Of a stretch of 64,000 bases of DNA, positions 1 to 9,629 are shown piece by piece; within the stretch, counting starts at the first letter, position 1, and every line of letters starts with the position of its first letter. A program made the position numbers and the translations under genes. The stretch lies in contig JACNJN010000077.1 of NCBI GenBank assembly GCA_014382535.1, positions 516 to 64,515 on the forward strand, written 5' to 3'. Source of the stretch: Candidatus Desulfolinea nitratireducens. GTDB taxonomy: Bacteria; Chloroflexota; Anaerolineae; Anaerolineales; Villigracilaceae. Under the pieces are notes generated by a model that saw only the letters and a list, made by a program, of their open reading frames with translations, was not told the origin of the DNA and searched no databases.

Positions 1-1410
1 CGCTCCACGGGCGGGCTGCTCTCCGTCATCAATAACGATGTCAATCAGCTCGAACGTTTTTTGAATGGCGGCGTCAATGATATTTGGCAGGTCACCACTA
101 CGGTAATTGTTATAGGCGGAATTTTCTTCTATACTGCCCCCTCTGTAGCATGGATGGCGATGCTTCCGATGCCATTCATCATCTGGGGATCAATCCGTTT
201 TCAACATACCCTTGCACCCAAATATGCTGCCGTTCGTGAGCAGGTCGGTGTTCTGAACGGGCAGCTCGCCAATAATCTCAGTGGTATCGCGACCATCAAA
301 AGCTTCACTGCTGAAAATCACGAATTGGAGCGCGTTACCCATGAGAGCAATCTCTATCGGATTGCCAATAAAGCTGCGATCAAGTTCAGCTCCGCTTTTG
401 TGCCCCTCATCCGCATGATCATCATGTCTGGCTTTATCGCCATTCTCATTTTTGGGGGACGGATGGCACTTTCAGGCGAAATTGCGATTGGTGTTTATTC
501 GGTGCTGATCTTTATCACACAGCGCCTGCTTTGGCCCCTTACCCACCTAGGAGAAACCCTGGATTTGTATCAGCGTTCGATGGCCTCCACCGATAGGGTT
601 TTGGATTTGCTGGATGCGGATGCCCTGCTTCCCGACGGCGAAACGCCCCTGGACTTGAGCGTGGTACGCGGGGAAATCAGATTGGATTCGGTTTCATTCG
701 AATACGATAACACCGATAACCTCTCCGTTATCGATGATCTATCCCTAAAAATACCAGCTGGGGAAACGGTCGGCATTGTCGGCTCGACAGGCGCAGGCAA
801 AACAACGCTGGTCAAATTGCTTTTACGCTTCTACGATGTCCAGAAGGGCTCTCTTTCCCTCGATGGACTTGATCTGCGCGATATTCAGGTGGAATATCTG
901 CGCAAGGCGATTGGCTTTGTCAGTCAGGACGTTTATCTTTTCCACGGCACAGTCCGTGAAAATATTGCTTATGGCACATTTGATGCCAGCGATGAAGAGA
1001 TCATCGAGGCCGCCAAAATTGCCGAAGCCCATGATTTTATTATGGATTTACCACAGGGATACAACACCATTGTCGGTGAGCGCGGACAAAAGCTCTCTGG
1101 TGGGCAGCGTCAGCGTGTCTCGATTGCGCGCGCAGTGCTCAAGAATCCGCCCGTACTGATTCTCGATGAAGCAACCTCCTCAGTCGATAATGAAACCGAA
1201 GCTCTGATCCAACGCTCCCTTGAGCAGATCGCGATCGGACGTACGACCATCGTTATCGCTCATCGTCTATCCACCATCCGCAATGCAGACAGGATCTTTG
1301 TCCTTGAGCACGGGAAGTTGAAAGAACAGGGCCGCCACGATGAGTTGGTTGCAGAGGGTGGTATCTATGCCCGTCTTTGGGGTGTCCAGACTGGTGTGCG
1401 GAGAGACTAA
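1..1410 (+). CDS. ABC exporter, fused permease/ATP-binding protein (MsbA-like); 5' end lies outside the window
   Basis: Frame 1 is open from base 1 ([20 protein letters not shown]...). A TM region is followed by Walker [13 protein letters not shown] signature LSGGQRQR, Walker B LILDEATS and H-loop AHRLST. Confidence 0.9.
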   Translation, partial: RSTGGLLSVINNDVNQLERFLNGGVNDIWQVTTTVIVIGGIFFYTAPSVAWMAMLPMPFIIWGSIRFQHTLAPKYAAVREQVGVLNGQLANNLSGIATIKSFTAENHELERVTHESNLYRIANKAAIKFSSAFVPLIRMIIMSGFIAILIFGGRMALSGEIAIGVYSVLIFITQRLLWPLTHLGETLDLYQRSMASTDRVLDLLDADALLPDGETPLDLSVVRGEIRLDSVSFEYDNTDNLSVIDDLSLKIPAGETVGIVGSTGAGKTTLVKLLLRFYDVQKGSLSLDGLDLRDIQVEYLRKAIGFVSQDVYLFHGTVRENIAYGTFDASDEEIIEAAKIAEAHDFIMDLPQGYNTIVGERGQKLSGGQRQRVSIARAVLKNPPVLILDEATSSVDNETEALIQRSLEQIAIGRTTIVIAHRLSTIRNADRIFVLEHGKLKEQGRHDELVAEGGIYARLWGVQTGVRRD

Positions 1411-1416
1411 TGATCC

Positions 1417-1506
1417 GTCGTTGCGAGGAGCATACTCCTGCGACGTGGCAATCTCCTTTACTGTTATGGAGATTGCTTTGTCGGGAAATATCCTCCTCGC
1501 AATGAC
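1417..1506. repeat. Palindromic dispersed repeat, family C (GTCGTTGCGAGGAGCAT...CCTCGCAATGAC), copy 1
   Basis: Terminal inverted arms TTGCGAGGA/TCCTCGCAA. Its left half closely matches the reverse complement of 53500-53541. Confidence 0.75.
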
Positions 1507-1514
1507 AAGAAATT

Positions 1515-1688
1515 AACAGTTCCTCCCGAAGGATACCGGGACGGTGTGAGCGGAGCGATGACCGAAGGGAAGAATGCAGTCGAAGGACGGGTAATCCAGA
1601 GCTGCTCTTCACTTTGTCGAGCACAGGCGACTGCGCCTTCGCTACACCCTTCGGGTACCATGTCGCTACGGCTTCGCTCAGAGACTGA
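1515..1688. repeat. Dispersed repeat, family D (about 170 nt), copy 1
   Basis: TTCCTCCCGAAGGATACCGGGACGGTGTGAGCGGAG matches the reverse complement of 54527-54562 with 1 mismatch. The distal end CAGGCGACTGCGC...CGCTCAGAGACTG is also shared. Confidence 0.8.
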
Positions 1689-1694
1689 GATTTC

Positions 1695-4529
1695 TCAGCG
1701 CGTAGCACGTTCAACCAGGTACGCGATGCTGACATAATCCATCCCGGTCGCCTCTGACATCCCCATTTCACAGGGGATATTGGATGAATAGTAACCGCCG
1801 TAGTCGCGTTCGGTGACTTCGGCGGATTCTTTTTGAGTAGCAGAGGCGGTCAATTCGGGATAAAGCAAACCCCGGTCACCGGCAAAAGCGCAGCAGTCCA
1901 GGTTGAGCGGAATGGTTGCTGAGCGAGCGCATTGCTTCGCTATCGAGAGCAGTTTTTCATCCAGTCCCAGCTTGCGCGCTGAGCAATTCGGATGCAGAAC
2001 CACGTCCTCATCTAAGGGGTAGATGTCCAGGTGAGGCAGGAGCGTATCATGGATGAATTCGAGGCTGTCCAGGAGGGTCATTTGCTGGAAGAAAACCTGG
2101 TCATCCCTGGAAAGCGCCTCCGTACAATTCCGCAGGGAATGCAGACAAGAAGTTGTGTCAATCACGATGGGGAGTTTTCCCTGTTCACTCCACTCCCAGA
2201 ATTTGAGAATGGTCTTATGCAGGGTTTCTTTATAGGAGGATGAATACCCTTTTGATGAGAAGGGCATCCCGCAACATGTGCCCAAAACCCTGGTGGGAAT
2301 TTTTAGATTGATATCAGCCCGTTGAGCAATTGTGATAAGTGTTTCGGCAAGTGAGCTTTGCTGGTCGCTTGCGGGTTGGCCAAGTTGTCTGGATATGCAG
2401 GATGGAAAATAAATATAATCTTTTCCGGCAATTTCAGCCTCTCCCTGCGGCAGTTTTCCGGTGGGATATGGAATCGAATTATTCCACTTTGGCAGGGGCG
2501 CGCCAGCAATTTTCTCAAGTATTTCAGCTGCTGAGGCCAGAAAAGGTTTTTCCTTTGTGCTCCTGTGTGTCCTTTGGGGTGAAAGCATATGCCCGATTTT
2601 CACTCCCAGGCCTACCGATTTTTCAACCAATCCAAAGTTATTCGCAATCCAGCCCGCAGTCTTTTCTCCTTTGAGAGACTCGGCACGCAGATGCTTGGTC
2701 AACTCACCGGTGTCGATCGAGACCGGACAGGCGCTGGCGCATAAGCCGTCCACGGCGCAGGTTTCAATCCCATCATAGACGTAATCCTTTACCAGGAAAG
2801 CGGCCGACTGACCGAGTGCCCTGAGTCTGGAAATCTCGCGCTGCACAACGATCCTCTGTCGCGGGGTCAGAGTTAGGCGTCTGCTCGGGCATTTCGATTC
2901 GCAGAAACCGCATTCTATGCAGGCGTCCACGATCGGCGATACGGGCGCGATATTCTTGACATGGGTCACATGCGCTTGCGGGTCCGCGTTGATGAGCACG
3001 CCGGGGTTGAGCATCCCATCCGGGTCAAGCAGGGATTTCAGGTCACGCATGATACCGTATGCCTCTGTCCCCCACTCAGTTTCGACAAAAGGCGCCATAT
3101 TGCGTCCGGTTCCGTGTTCGGCTTTTAGGGCGCCGTCGTATTTGCCGCTGACTACCTTCACCAGATCACAGATAAACCCGTCGAAGCGATAAACTTCATC
3201 TTGCGTATTGAAGGACTGGTTGACCAGAAAATGCAGGTTGCCATCCTTGGCGTGCCCGAATATGACGCCTTCCGGATAACCATGCGTTGCAAATAATGCT
3301 TGCAGGTCTGTGACAGCATCGGCCAAACGCGGGACGGGGAAGGCGATATCTTCTATCAGTGAAGTAGTACCGGGTGCGCGCATAGCCCCAACCGAGGCGA
3401 TGATTCCCTTCCGCACCTTCCAGAGTGCTGCTTGCCGGGCGGGGTCTCGCGTGAATTCCGGGTCATGCAGCAAACGCAATTTTTTGAGGGTGCGCGAAGC
3501 TTCCTTTTGGAAATGAACGAGTGATTCAGCGTCAGGGGTCTGATACTCGACAAGGATGGCGGCGGCACTCCCGGGCAATTCCCGCAGGATGGCCGGAACG
3601 CCTGGCGCGGCTTCCACTGAACGGAGGGAGGCGCGGTCCATGATCTCTGCCGCCCGCGCGCCTGACTCCCTCAGCGGAGCGATGGCATCTGCCGCATCCT
3701 GGACGGTCTTGAAATATAATTGAGCGGTGTACCTGTGCTCCAGGACGGGCAAGGTGTGCAGGGCGGCTTCGGCGATAAATCCCAGCGTCCCTTCAGAGCC
3801 GATCATCAGGTGAGTCAGGATGTCGAGCGGGGTATCGAAATCGAGAAAAGCATTCAGTGAGTAGCCATTGGTATTCTTCATCTGGTAGCGGTGGCGGACT
3901 CGCTCGGCCAGATCGGGATTGGCGAGCAACCTTTTTCTGAGATCGAGCAAGCCCTGGGCGATTTGCGCTTGTTCGCTCTCAAAGATGCGGTCAGCTTCCG
4001 GCGATGCTGTATCAAGCACAAATCCATTTGGCAGAATGATGGTCATGCTGTGAAGAGTCTGATATGCGTTCTCGGTCACCCCACAACACATCCCGGCAGA
4101 ATTATTGGCCAGAATACCGCCCAGCATGGCCGCGTCGATCGAGGCAGGATCAGGACCAATTCGGCGTCCATAGGGTTTGAGCACCTTATTCAGAAATCCG
4201 CCAACGATGCCCGGTTTGGCCCGCAGGAGTGCGCCGTCATTTTCCACGCTGTAATCCCCCCAATCCTTTGAGATGTCCACCAGAATCCCATCCGTAACAG
4301 CCTGTCCTGAAAGACTTGTTCCGGCTGCTCGAAAGGTCATTGGAACGCGCTGCTGCTGGCTGAAGCGGAGCAAGGCCTGGATCTCGTCAATCGAATTTGG
4401 CTGTACCACCGCTTGTGGAACGAGCCTGAAATAGGAGGCGTCATTGGCATAGGCGATGCGGTCAATTTCGCGGGTTTTTACTCGATTTTCTGGAAGAATG
4501 CTGGTCAGATGTTCTGAAAGATTATTCAT
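1695..4529 (-). CDS. FAD-binding / 4Fe-4S / CCG-domain oxidoreductase (GlcD-GlcF fusion type; D-lactate or glycolate dehydrogenase-like)
   Basis: 954-aa ORF. The N-terminus is a GlcD-like FAD domain. Ferredoxin motifs CIECGFCESKCP and CAVDGLCASACP are present, and the C-terminus is Cys-rich (GTCCG, LDCCAF). Start preferred at 4529 (MNNLSEHL) because AAGAGG lies 8 nt upstream; the 4559 ATG has no RBS. Confidence 0.85.
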   Translation of the reverse strand: MNNLSEHLTSILPENRVKTREIDRIAYANDASYFRLVPQAVVQPNSIDEIQALLRFSQQQRVPMTFRAAGTSLSGQAVTDGILVDISKDWGDYSVENDGALLRAKPGIVGGFLNKVLKPYGRRIGPDPASIDAAMLGGILANNSAGMCCGVTENAYQTLHSMTIILPNGFVLDTASPEADRIFESEQAQIAQGLLDLRKRLLANPDLAERVRHRYQMKNTNGYSLNAFLDFDTPLDILTHLMIGSEGTLGFIAEAALHTLPVLEHRYTAQLYFKTVQDAADAIAPLRESGARAAEIMDRASLRSVEAAPGVPAILRELPGSAAAILVEYQTPDAESLVHFQKEASRTLKKLRLLHDPEFTRDPARQAALWKVRKGIIASVGAMRAPGTTSLIEDIAFPVPRLADAVTDLQALFATHGYPEGVIFGHAKDGNLHFLVNQSFNTQDEVYRFDGFICDLVKVVSGKYDGALKAEHGTGRNMAPFVETEWGTEAYGIMRDLKSLLDPDGMLNPGVLINADPQAHVTHVKNIAPVSPIVDACIECGFCESKCPSRRLTLTPRQRIVVQREISRLRALGQSAAFLVKDYVYDGIETCAVDGLCASACPVSIDTGELTKHLRAESLKGEKTAGWIANNFGLVEKSVGLGVKIGHMLSPQRTHRSTKEKPFLASAAEILEKIAGAPLPKWNNSIPYPTGKLPQGEAEIAGKDYIYFPSCISRQLGQPASDQQSSLAETLITIAQRADINLKIPTRVLGTCCGMPFSSKGYSSSYKETLHKTILKFWEWSEQGKLPIVIDTTSCLHSLRNCTEALSRDDQVFFQQMTLLDSLEFIHDTLLPHLDIYPLDEDVVLHPNCSARKLGLDEKLLSIAKQCARSATIPLNLDCCAFAGDRGLLYPELTASATQKESAEVTERDYGGYYSSNIPCEMGMSEATGMDYVSIAYLVERATR

Positions 4530-4651
4530 GGAAAACCTCTTAATCTCAGGAATAATCATATTGTACAGTCTTTTTTACCCTTTCCAAAGGATATCAACCC
4601 TTCTCGCCACAGGATGGTCTGTAACAATGAGAAGATATTCTTGACAGTTCG

Positions 4652-4660
4652 TGTTAAAAT
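4652..4660 (+). promoter_or_regulatory. Extended -10 box TGtTAAAAT, 6 nt upstream of the 4667 ATG (leaderless-type promoter candidate)
   Basis: TG at 4652-4653 and TAAAAT at 4655-4660. No Shine-Dalgarno sequence between the box and the ATG. Confidence 0.45.
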
Positions 4661-4666
4661 CACTTT

Positions 4667-4906
4667 ATGAAAATCAGCATTAGATTGATCGCCACCTTTA
4701 TGGAATTATTGCCACCCGGCACGAAAGGGAATAAGATCGAGATCGAGGTGCCAGAAGGCACAACGGCCTCGGTTGTGATGGCGCAATTTAACGTCCCGCA
4801 GGATGCATCCAGCGTGATCGTTGTCAACGGGCTGACTGTGCCGCTCTCCACGCTTTTGGTGGAGGGAGATGTGGTCAGCGCCTTCTCAGCAGTTGCTGGT
4901 GGATAG
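4667..4906 (+). CDS. MoaD/ThiS-family ubiquitin-like sulfur-carrier protein
   Basis: 79 aa ending in ...AVAGG-stop (C-terminal Gly-Gly). Size is typical and it lies directly upstream of the AOR gene. Confidence 0.75.
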   Translation: MKISIRLIATFMELLPPGTKGNKIEIEVPEGTTASVVMAQFNVPQDASSVIVVNGLTVPLSTLLVEGDVVSAFSAVAGG

Positions 4907-4909
4907 AGA

Positions 4910-4998
4910 ATTCACCACGAAGAACACAAAGAGCACAAAGTTTTTAATCTTTGTGTCCACAAAGAAATCCTTTGTGTTCCTTTGTGACTTTTTGGTAA
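4910..4998. repeat. Dispersed repeat, family A (TTCACCACGAAGAACACAAAG ... CTTTGTG units), copy 1
   Basis: Repeated CACAAAG/CTTTGTG inverted units. Related copies at 52562-52636 and 56719-56755. Confidence 0.7.
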
Positions 4999-5015
4999 AA
5001 AAATAGGAGAAAAAC

Positions 5016-6836
5016 ATGTACGGATGGCACGGAAAAATCTTACGCATAGACCTGACCAATCAGAAAACCTCCGTTGAGGATGTGGATCCTCAGATCGCCA
5101 GAGATTATCTTGGCGGGCGTGGCTGGGCGATTCGCTATCTCTATAATGAAGTAGATCCCCAGGTTGATCCTTTGGGCCCGGATAATAAATTGATCTTCGC
5201 CACGGGCCCCCTCACGGCAACCACTGCCCCGACGGGCAACCGTTACATGGTCGTCACCAAATCCCCATTGACCGGTGCATTGGCGCATTCGAATTCGGGC
5301 GGTGATTTCCCGACATGGATGAAGCGCACCGGTTTCGATCTGTTCATCTTTGAGGGCAAGGCGGAAAAACCCGTCTACTTGTGGGTGAACGAAGACGAGG
5401 TGGAAATCCGCTCGGCTGAGCATCTTTGGGGGCAGGATGTTCCTTCCACAACCGATGCTCTTTTGGCGGAAACAAATCCAAAGGCGAAAGCTGCGTGCAT
5501 TGGTCCCGCAGGTGAAAATCTCGTCCTGATGGCAGCTGTGATGAACGATAAAGACCGCGCTGCAGCCCGATCCGGTGTTGGGGCTGTCATGGGCAGTAAA
5601 AATCTGAAGGGTGTGGTCGCCTACGGACGAAAGAATCCTATATTTGCCGATGATAAAAAGATGCGTGAACTCAGCCTGATCATTGCCAAAGAGGTTGGCG
5701 CGGATATGCTGGCTGGCTCATCACTGCGTGAATATGGAACGGCCTATGTGCCGCAAGTGACGAATACACTTGGTATTTTACCGACCCGCAACTGGCAAAC
5801 CGGCACCTTTGAAGGTGTTGATGAGATCGATGGCGTGGCGCTTAAAGAAAAATATTTGATCAAGCCGAAGCCCTGCTACCGTTGCCCGATCGCCTGTGGC
5901 CGTCTGACGGAAGTTCCCGATGGCAAATATGCAGGCAAAGGTGAAGGCCCCGAATACGAGACCATTTCAGCTTTTGGAAGTGGCTGCGGAGTCGATAATC
6001 TTGCGGCCGTGACCAAGGCAAATTATTGGTGTAATGAATTAGGATTGGATACCATTTCGACCGGGATGACGATTGCCGCCGCAATGGAAATGTATGAAAA
6101 AGGCTATATCTCTGAAGAGGAGATCGGACAGCCGCTCCGCTTTGGTGATCCTGATGCAATGATCGACATGGTCCAAAAGATGGCTTATCGCGATGGGTTC
6201 GGGAACGAACTTGCGGAGGGTAGCTACCGTTTAGCGGAAAAATACGGCCACCCCGAAATTGCCGTTACAACTCGTAAACAGGAATTTCCTGGCTATGATC
6301 CTCGCGGCTCGCAGGGAATGGGTCTGCTTTATGCAACATCCAATAAAGGCGCTTCCCACATGGAAGGTGACGTGGCCTACGAAGAAGTCTTTGGTGTCCC
6401 GATCAAGGATGACCCGCTGACCACGGATGGCAAAGGGGAGTTGGTCGCCCGTTTCCAGGATGCCTTTGCGCTGATCGATGCTTCTGGCTTATGCGTTTTT
6501 CTGGCGGTGCGCTACGTATTCAATACAGACCGGATGATCTGGCCAACCAGACTTTCGCAACTGATGGAATATACCACTGGTGTGGCCTATACTCCCGCAG
6601 AGGTTTTAAAGGCTGCTGACCGTGTCTACACCCTTGAGCGGATGTTCCTCCTCAAAGCCGGATCGACAGAGGACACCCTTCCTCCACGCATGCTCAATGA
6701 GCCATTGCCGGATGGCCCGGCCAAAGGACACGTCGCCGAGCTGGATAAAATGTTGCCCGAATTTTATGAAGTCCGTGGTTGGGATGAGAAAGGTTTTCCG
6801 ACCGAGGAGAAATTAAAGGATTTGGGATTGCAGTAA
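5016..6836 (+). CDS. aor: Aldehyde:ferredoxin oxidoreductase (tungstopterin AOR family)
   Basis: 606 aa. AOR-type N-terminus MYGWHGKILRIDLT and 4Fe-4S ligand motif CYRCPIACGR. RBS AGGAGA 7 nt upstream. Confidence 0.9.
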   Translation: MYGWHGKILRIDLTNQKTSVEDVDPQIARDYLGGRGWAIRYLYNEVDPQVDPLGPDNKLIFATGPLTATTAPTGNRYMVVTKSPLTGALAHSNSGGDFPTWMKRTGFDLFIFEGKAEKPVYLWVNEDEVEIRSAEHLWGQDVPSTTDALLAETNPKAKAACIGPAGENLVLMAAVMNDKDRAAARSGVGAVMGSKNLKGVVAYGRKNPIFADDKKMRELSLIIAKEVGADMLAGSSLREYGTAYVPQVTNTLGILPTRNWQTGTFEGVDEIDGVALKEKYLIKPKPCYRCPIACGRLTEVPDGKYAGKGEGPEYETISAFGSGCGVDNLAAVTKANYWCNELGLDTISTGMTIAAAMEMYEKGYISEEEIGQPLRFGDPDAMIDMVQKMAYRDGFGNELAEGSYRLAEKYGHPEIAVTTRKQEFPGYDPRGSQGMGLLYATSNKGASHMEGDVAYEEVFGVPIKDDPLTTDGKGELVARFQDAFALIDASGLCVFLAVRYVFNTDRMIWPTRLSQLMEYTTGVAYTPAEVLKAADRVYTLERMFLLKAGSTEDTLPPRMLNEPLPDGPAKGHVAELDKMLPEFYEVRGWDEKGFPTEEKLKDLGLQ

Positions 6837-7018
6837 ACCATCAAAAAATAATCTATTGTTGGTTTTCAGCCCCCATGAGTTTTTAGGACTTATGGGGGTT
6901 TCCATTTGCCAAAGAGCCTGTTGAATTTGCAATTGAATTAATATACAATAAAAAGGATAAATCTGGCAAAATTAGCCGTGTTGCGCTCGTGAAAACAGGG
7001 AGAGGAGTTTCGAGAATT

Positions 7019-9577
7019 ATGAACCGAAAAATTTTTAGAAACTGCATAATAATCGGAATTCTTGGCCTCCTGATTGTAGGAGTCGCTGGGGGTATTTGGT
7101 ATTTATTCTCCGAACCAAGTGGCGGAGCGTTACCGATTGTCCAATTCATCCAACCTAAGGCCAGCCACGCCATATATTCCGGACAGGGATTGGTGCTGAT
7201 TGTCGAAGGTCAGTCCGAGGCTGGCCTGGACCGCATCGAATTGTTCGTGGACGGCCAACTGGAGCGCAGCGCATCAGCGTTTGGCGAATTAACCTTCCAG
7301 GCGGTCGTCCCGTGGTTTGGTTCTGCTCTGGGGAATCACGAGATCAGCGCTATCGGATATGACCGCGGCGGACACGCCAGTCAACCTGCTTCCATTTTAG
7401 TAACCGTGCAGGGCGCGGACATACCCACCGTTATTCAAGACGCGCAACCGCTGGATGTGAACCAAACCATCGAGGAAATAGTTGCCGGGGCAGGCGCTGG
7501 TGCGGGACATCCTGTTGGCGCAGCCCAGCCTGATGAAGCCGCTCAGCCGCTTCCCGCCGGGGACGAACCGCCAGTGGCAGAATTGCTGGTTACTCCCATG
7601 CAGGATGGAGATTCGGTTATCGCACATGTACAGGTCCGTGCCAGTGATAATACGGGGGTGACCCAAATGCGGCTGATCATCCAATCTCCAGGTGGAAACC
7701 CTGAACTTACTGAATACGACTGCGAGGGCAATCTGGAATGCAGCCGTGAATTTGATCGCCCCCTGGCAGAATCCGGGAAGTGGGTCTTCATCCTGACTGC
7801 TGTGGATCTGTCGGGGCAGATTGCGCAGCAGCAGTTTGCATCGGTGGATGTGATTTGTAATGCTGGGGTAGATGCAAACAATCAACCGTTCATGAATTGC
7901 GCGGCAGACGGTGAAAACATCCCCGTACCTGGCGGTCCGATTCTAGGAGAACCTCCTCAGCTCGATGATGAAGCACCTACGGCTGAATTGAAGGTAACCC
8001 CTATCCGAAATGGGGATTTGGTTGCCGCGATCGTGGAAATGAGCGGCCACGATAATGTAGGGTTGGGGCTGCTGCGATTGGAAATACAGACTCCTGTGGG
8101 CGTATTTGATAATTTCGCAGTTGGTTGTGAAGCCAATCCGGATTGCAGTTTCGAATTCGTGCATCCATTGGCGGAGCCGGGAGTGTGGATATTTATTCTT
8201 CAGTCCGTGGATCTTGCCGGGCAGGTATCGTTACCCCATTGGGCCGATGTTCAGGTTATTTGTAATATGGGGGTGGATGAAAACAACCAGCCGCTCATGC
8301 AGTGTGCAGTGGCAGATGAGGCTCCCCCGGCGCCGGGTAACGATCCTGGAAACCAACCTGGCTGGGAAATTCCTGCGGAGCGGGGATTCTGGAATCCGGA
8401 CGAGGATCCGGTCATCGAGCCGCTGGATGTGGCTACTCCGCTCCTGTGCCGCGGTGCTCCTCCCCAACAGGAATCGTTTGAAATCGACGGTTGCCAGATT
8501 ATTCTACCGGTTAATGTACCTGGTGGACCATTCACGTCTTGTTCTTTTTCTACTTTACTGAGAGCGGATTTACGCGGAGTCGATCTGCGGAATGCCAATC
8601 TGTATGATACCAATATGATTGAAGCAAACCTGACCTGTGGCGCAGATTTGCGAAACGCGGATTTGAGACTGGTAAATTTCTATAATACGAGAATTGATAA
8701 TAGTACAAAGATGGACATAAAATCGAAACTGGTCTGGGAGCTGGTCAACCAGGGTGGTTATAGTCGTGATTTTCCCGGCGCTGATCTGAGCGAGTCTCGC
8801 CTGTTCCAAGCTGATTTAGTTTGGGCAGGTTTTCGTGATGCGAATTTGAGCGGTTCATGGTTTGATCTAACCAATTTCTTCGGAGCTGATCTGAATAGCG
8901 CTGACTTGACGGACACAACCTGGAGAAATGTTACCTGCCCGGATGGTACAAAAAGCCAGGACCACGGCGATACGTGTATAAACAATCTTCAACCAGGGCT
9001 TCCCAGATTGGAAAACTTCACGATTGGGGATTGTTTAATTATTCAGCCTGTGCCTTTGGCTGGTCCATATACCGAGTGTGTGGGGGCGGACCTTTCAAAC
9101 CAGGATCTTCGACAAGTGAATTTGACGAATGCCAACCTGTTTAGAGCCAGCCTGAGTTATTCAGACTTGCGAGATACCAACTTCGAGGGTGCCGATCTAC
9201 GATTGGTTGATATGCTCGGGTCTAGAATCGATCAGGGCACAACGGTAGACGACAAATGGCTTTTAGTCTGGAGCCTGGTAAACCGTGGCGGCCGCAGTCG
9301 AGATTTAAGTGGGGCAGATCTAAGCTGGGCGAACTTGGATAGCGCAAACCTGGCAGAAGCTATACTTACCAATGCAGATTTGAGCTCTGCAAGTATGAAT
9401 AGCGTGGATTTTTCTGGCGCTACATTAAATGGTGCAAATTTGACTCTCGCAGATTTTCGAAATACAAATCTCGAAAATGTACAATTAGAAGGTGTAATTT
9501 GGTCAGGCACCTGGTGCCCCGATGGCAGCAATAGCCATGATGTTGGCGGCACATGCGAAGGTCATTTAAGCCCCTGA
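7019..9577 (+). CDS. Secreted or membrane-anchored surface protein: Ig-like domain, 2x Cys-containing about 120-aa module, 2x pentapeptide-repeat domain
   Basis: Signal-anchor MNRKIFRNCIIIGILGLLIVGVAGG. There are internal duplications (see findings). Long runs of A(D/N)LxX pentapeptides. Start at 7019 preferred (GGAGAGGAG upstream) over the GTG at 6989. Confidence 0.8.
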   Translation: MNRKIFRNCIIIGILGLLIVGVAGGIWYLFSEPSGGALPIVQFIQPKASHAIYSGQGLVLIVEGQSEAGLDRIELFVDGQLERSASAFGELTFQAVVPWFGSALGNHEISAIGYDRGGHASQPASILVTVQGADIPTVIQDAQPLDVNQTIEEIVAGAGAGAGHPVGAAQPDEAAQPLPAGDEPPVAELLVTPMQDGDSVIAHVQVRASDNTGVTQMRLIIQSPGGNPELTEYDCEGNLECSREFDRPLAESGKWVFILTAVDLSGQIAQQQFASVDVICNAGVDANNQPFMNCAADGENIPVPGGPILGEPPQLDDEAPTAELKVTPIRNGDLVAAIVEMSGHDNVGLGLLRLEIQTPVGVFDNFAVGCEANPDCSFEFVHPLAEPGVWIFILQSVDLAGQVSLPHWADVQVICNMGVDENNQPLMQCAVADEAPPAPGNDPGNQPGWEIPAERGFWNPDEDPVIEPLDVATPLLCRGAPPQQESFEIDGCQIILPVNVPGGPFTSCSFSTLLRADLRGVDLRNANLYDTNMIEANLTCGADLRNADLRLVNFYNTRIDNSTKMDIKSKLVWELVNQGGYSRDFPGADLSESRLFQADLVWAGFRDANLSGSWFDLTNFFGADLNSADLTDTTWRNVTCPDGTKSQDHGDTCINNLQPGLPRLENFTIGDCLIIQPVPLAGPYTECVGADLSNQDLRQVNLTNANLFRASLSYSDLRDTNFEGADLRLVDMLGSRIDQGTTVDDKWLLVWSLVNRGGRSRDLSGADLSWANLDSANLAEAILTNADLSSASMNSVDFSGATLNGANLTLADFRNTNLENVQLEGVIWSGTWCPDGSNSHDVGGTCEGHLSP

Positions 9578-9629
9578 TGGAGGGCGACATGAAAAAAACT
9601 TCTTATAATTTCAAAAATCAACGGTTGTC

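Noticed and set aside
1253-1771. 172-aa minus-strand ORF and neighbouring 60-65-aa ORFs between the ABC transporter and the FAD/FeS gene
   Set aside because: They are read through two stacked repeat elements (families C and D). The same applies to 54394-54579 and 54569-54754.
4560-4666. Moco/Tuco riboswitch upstream of the MoaD-like/AOR genes
   Set aside because: I could not find the conserved Moco-motif segments. In addition the -10 box sits 6 nt from the ATG, leaving no room for a leader.
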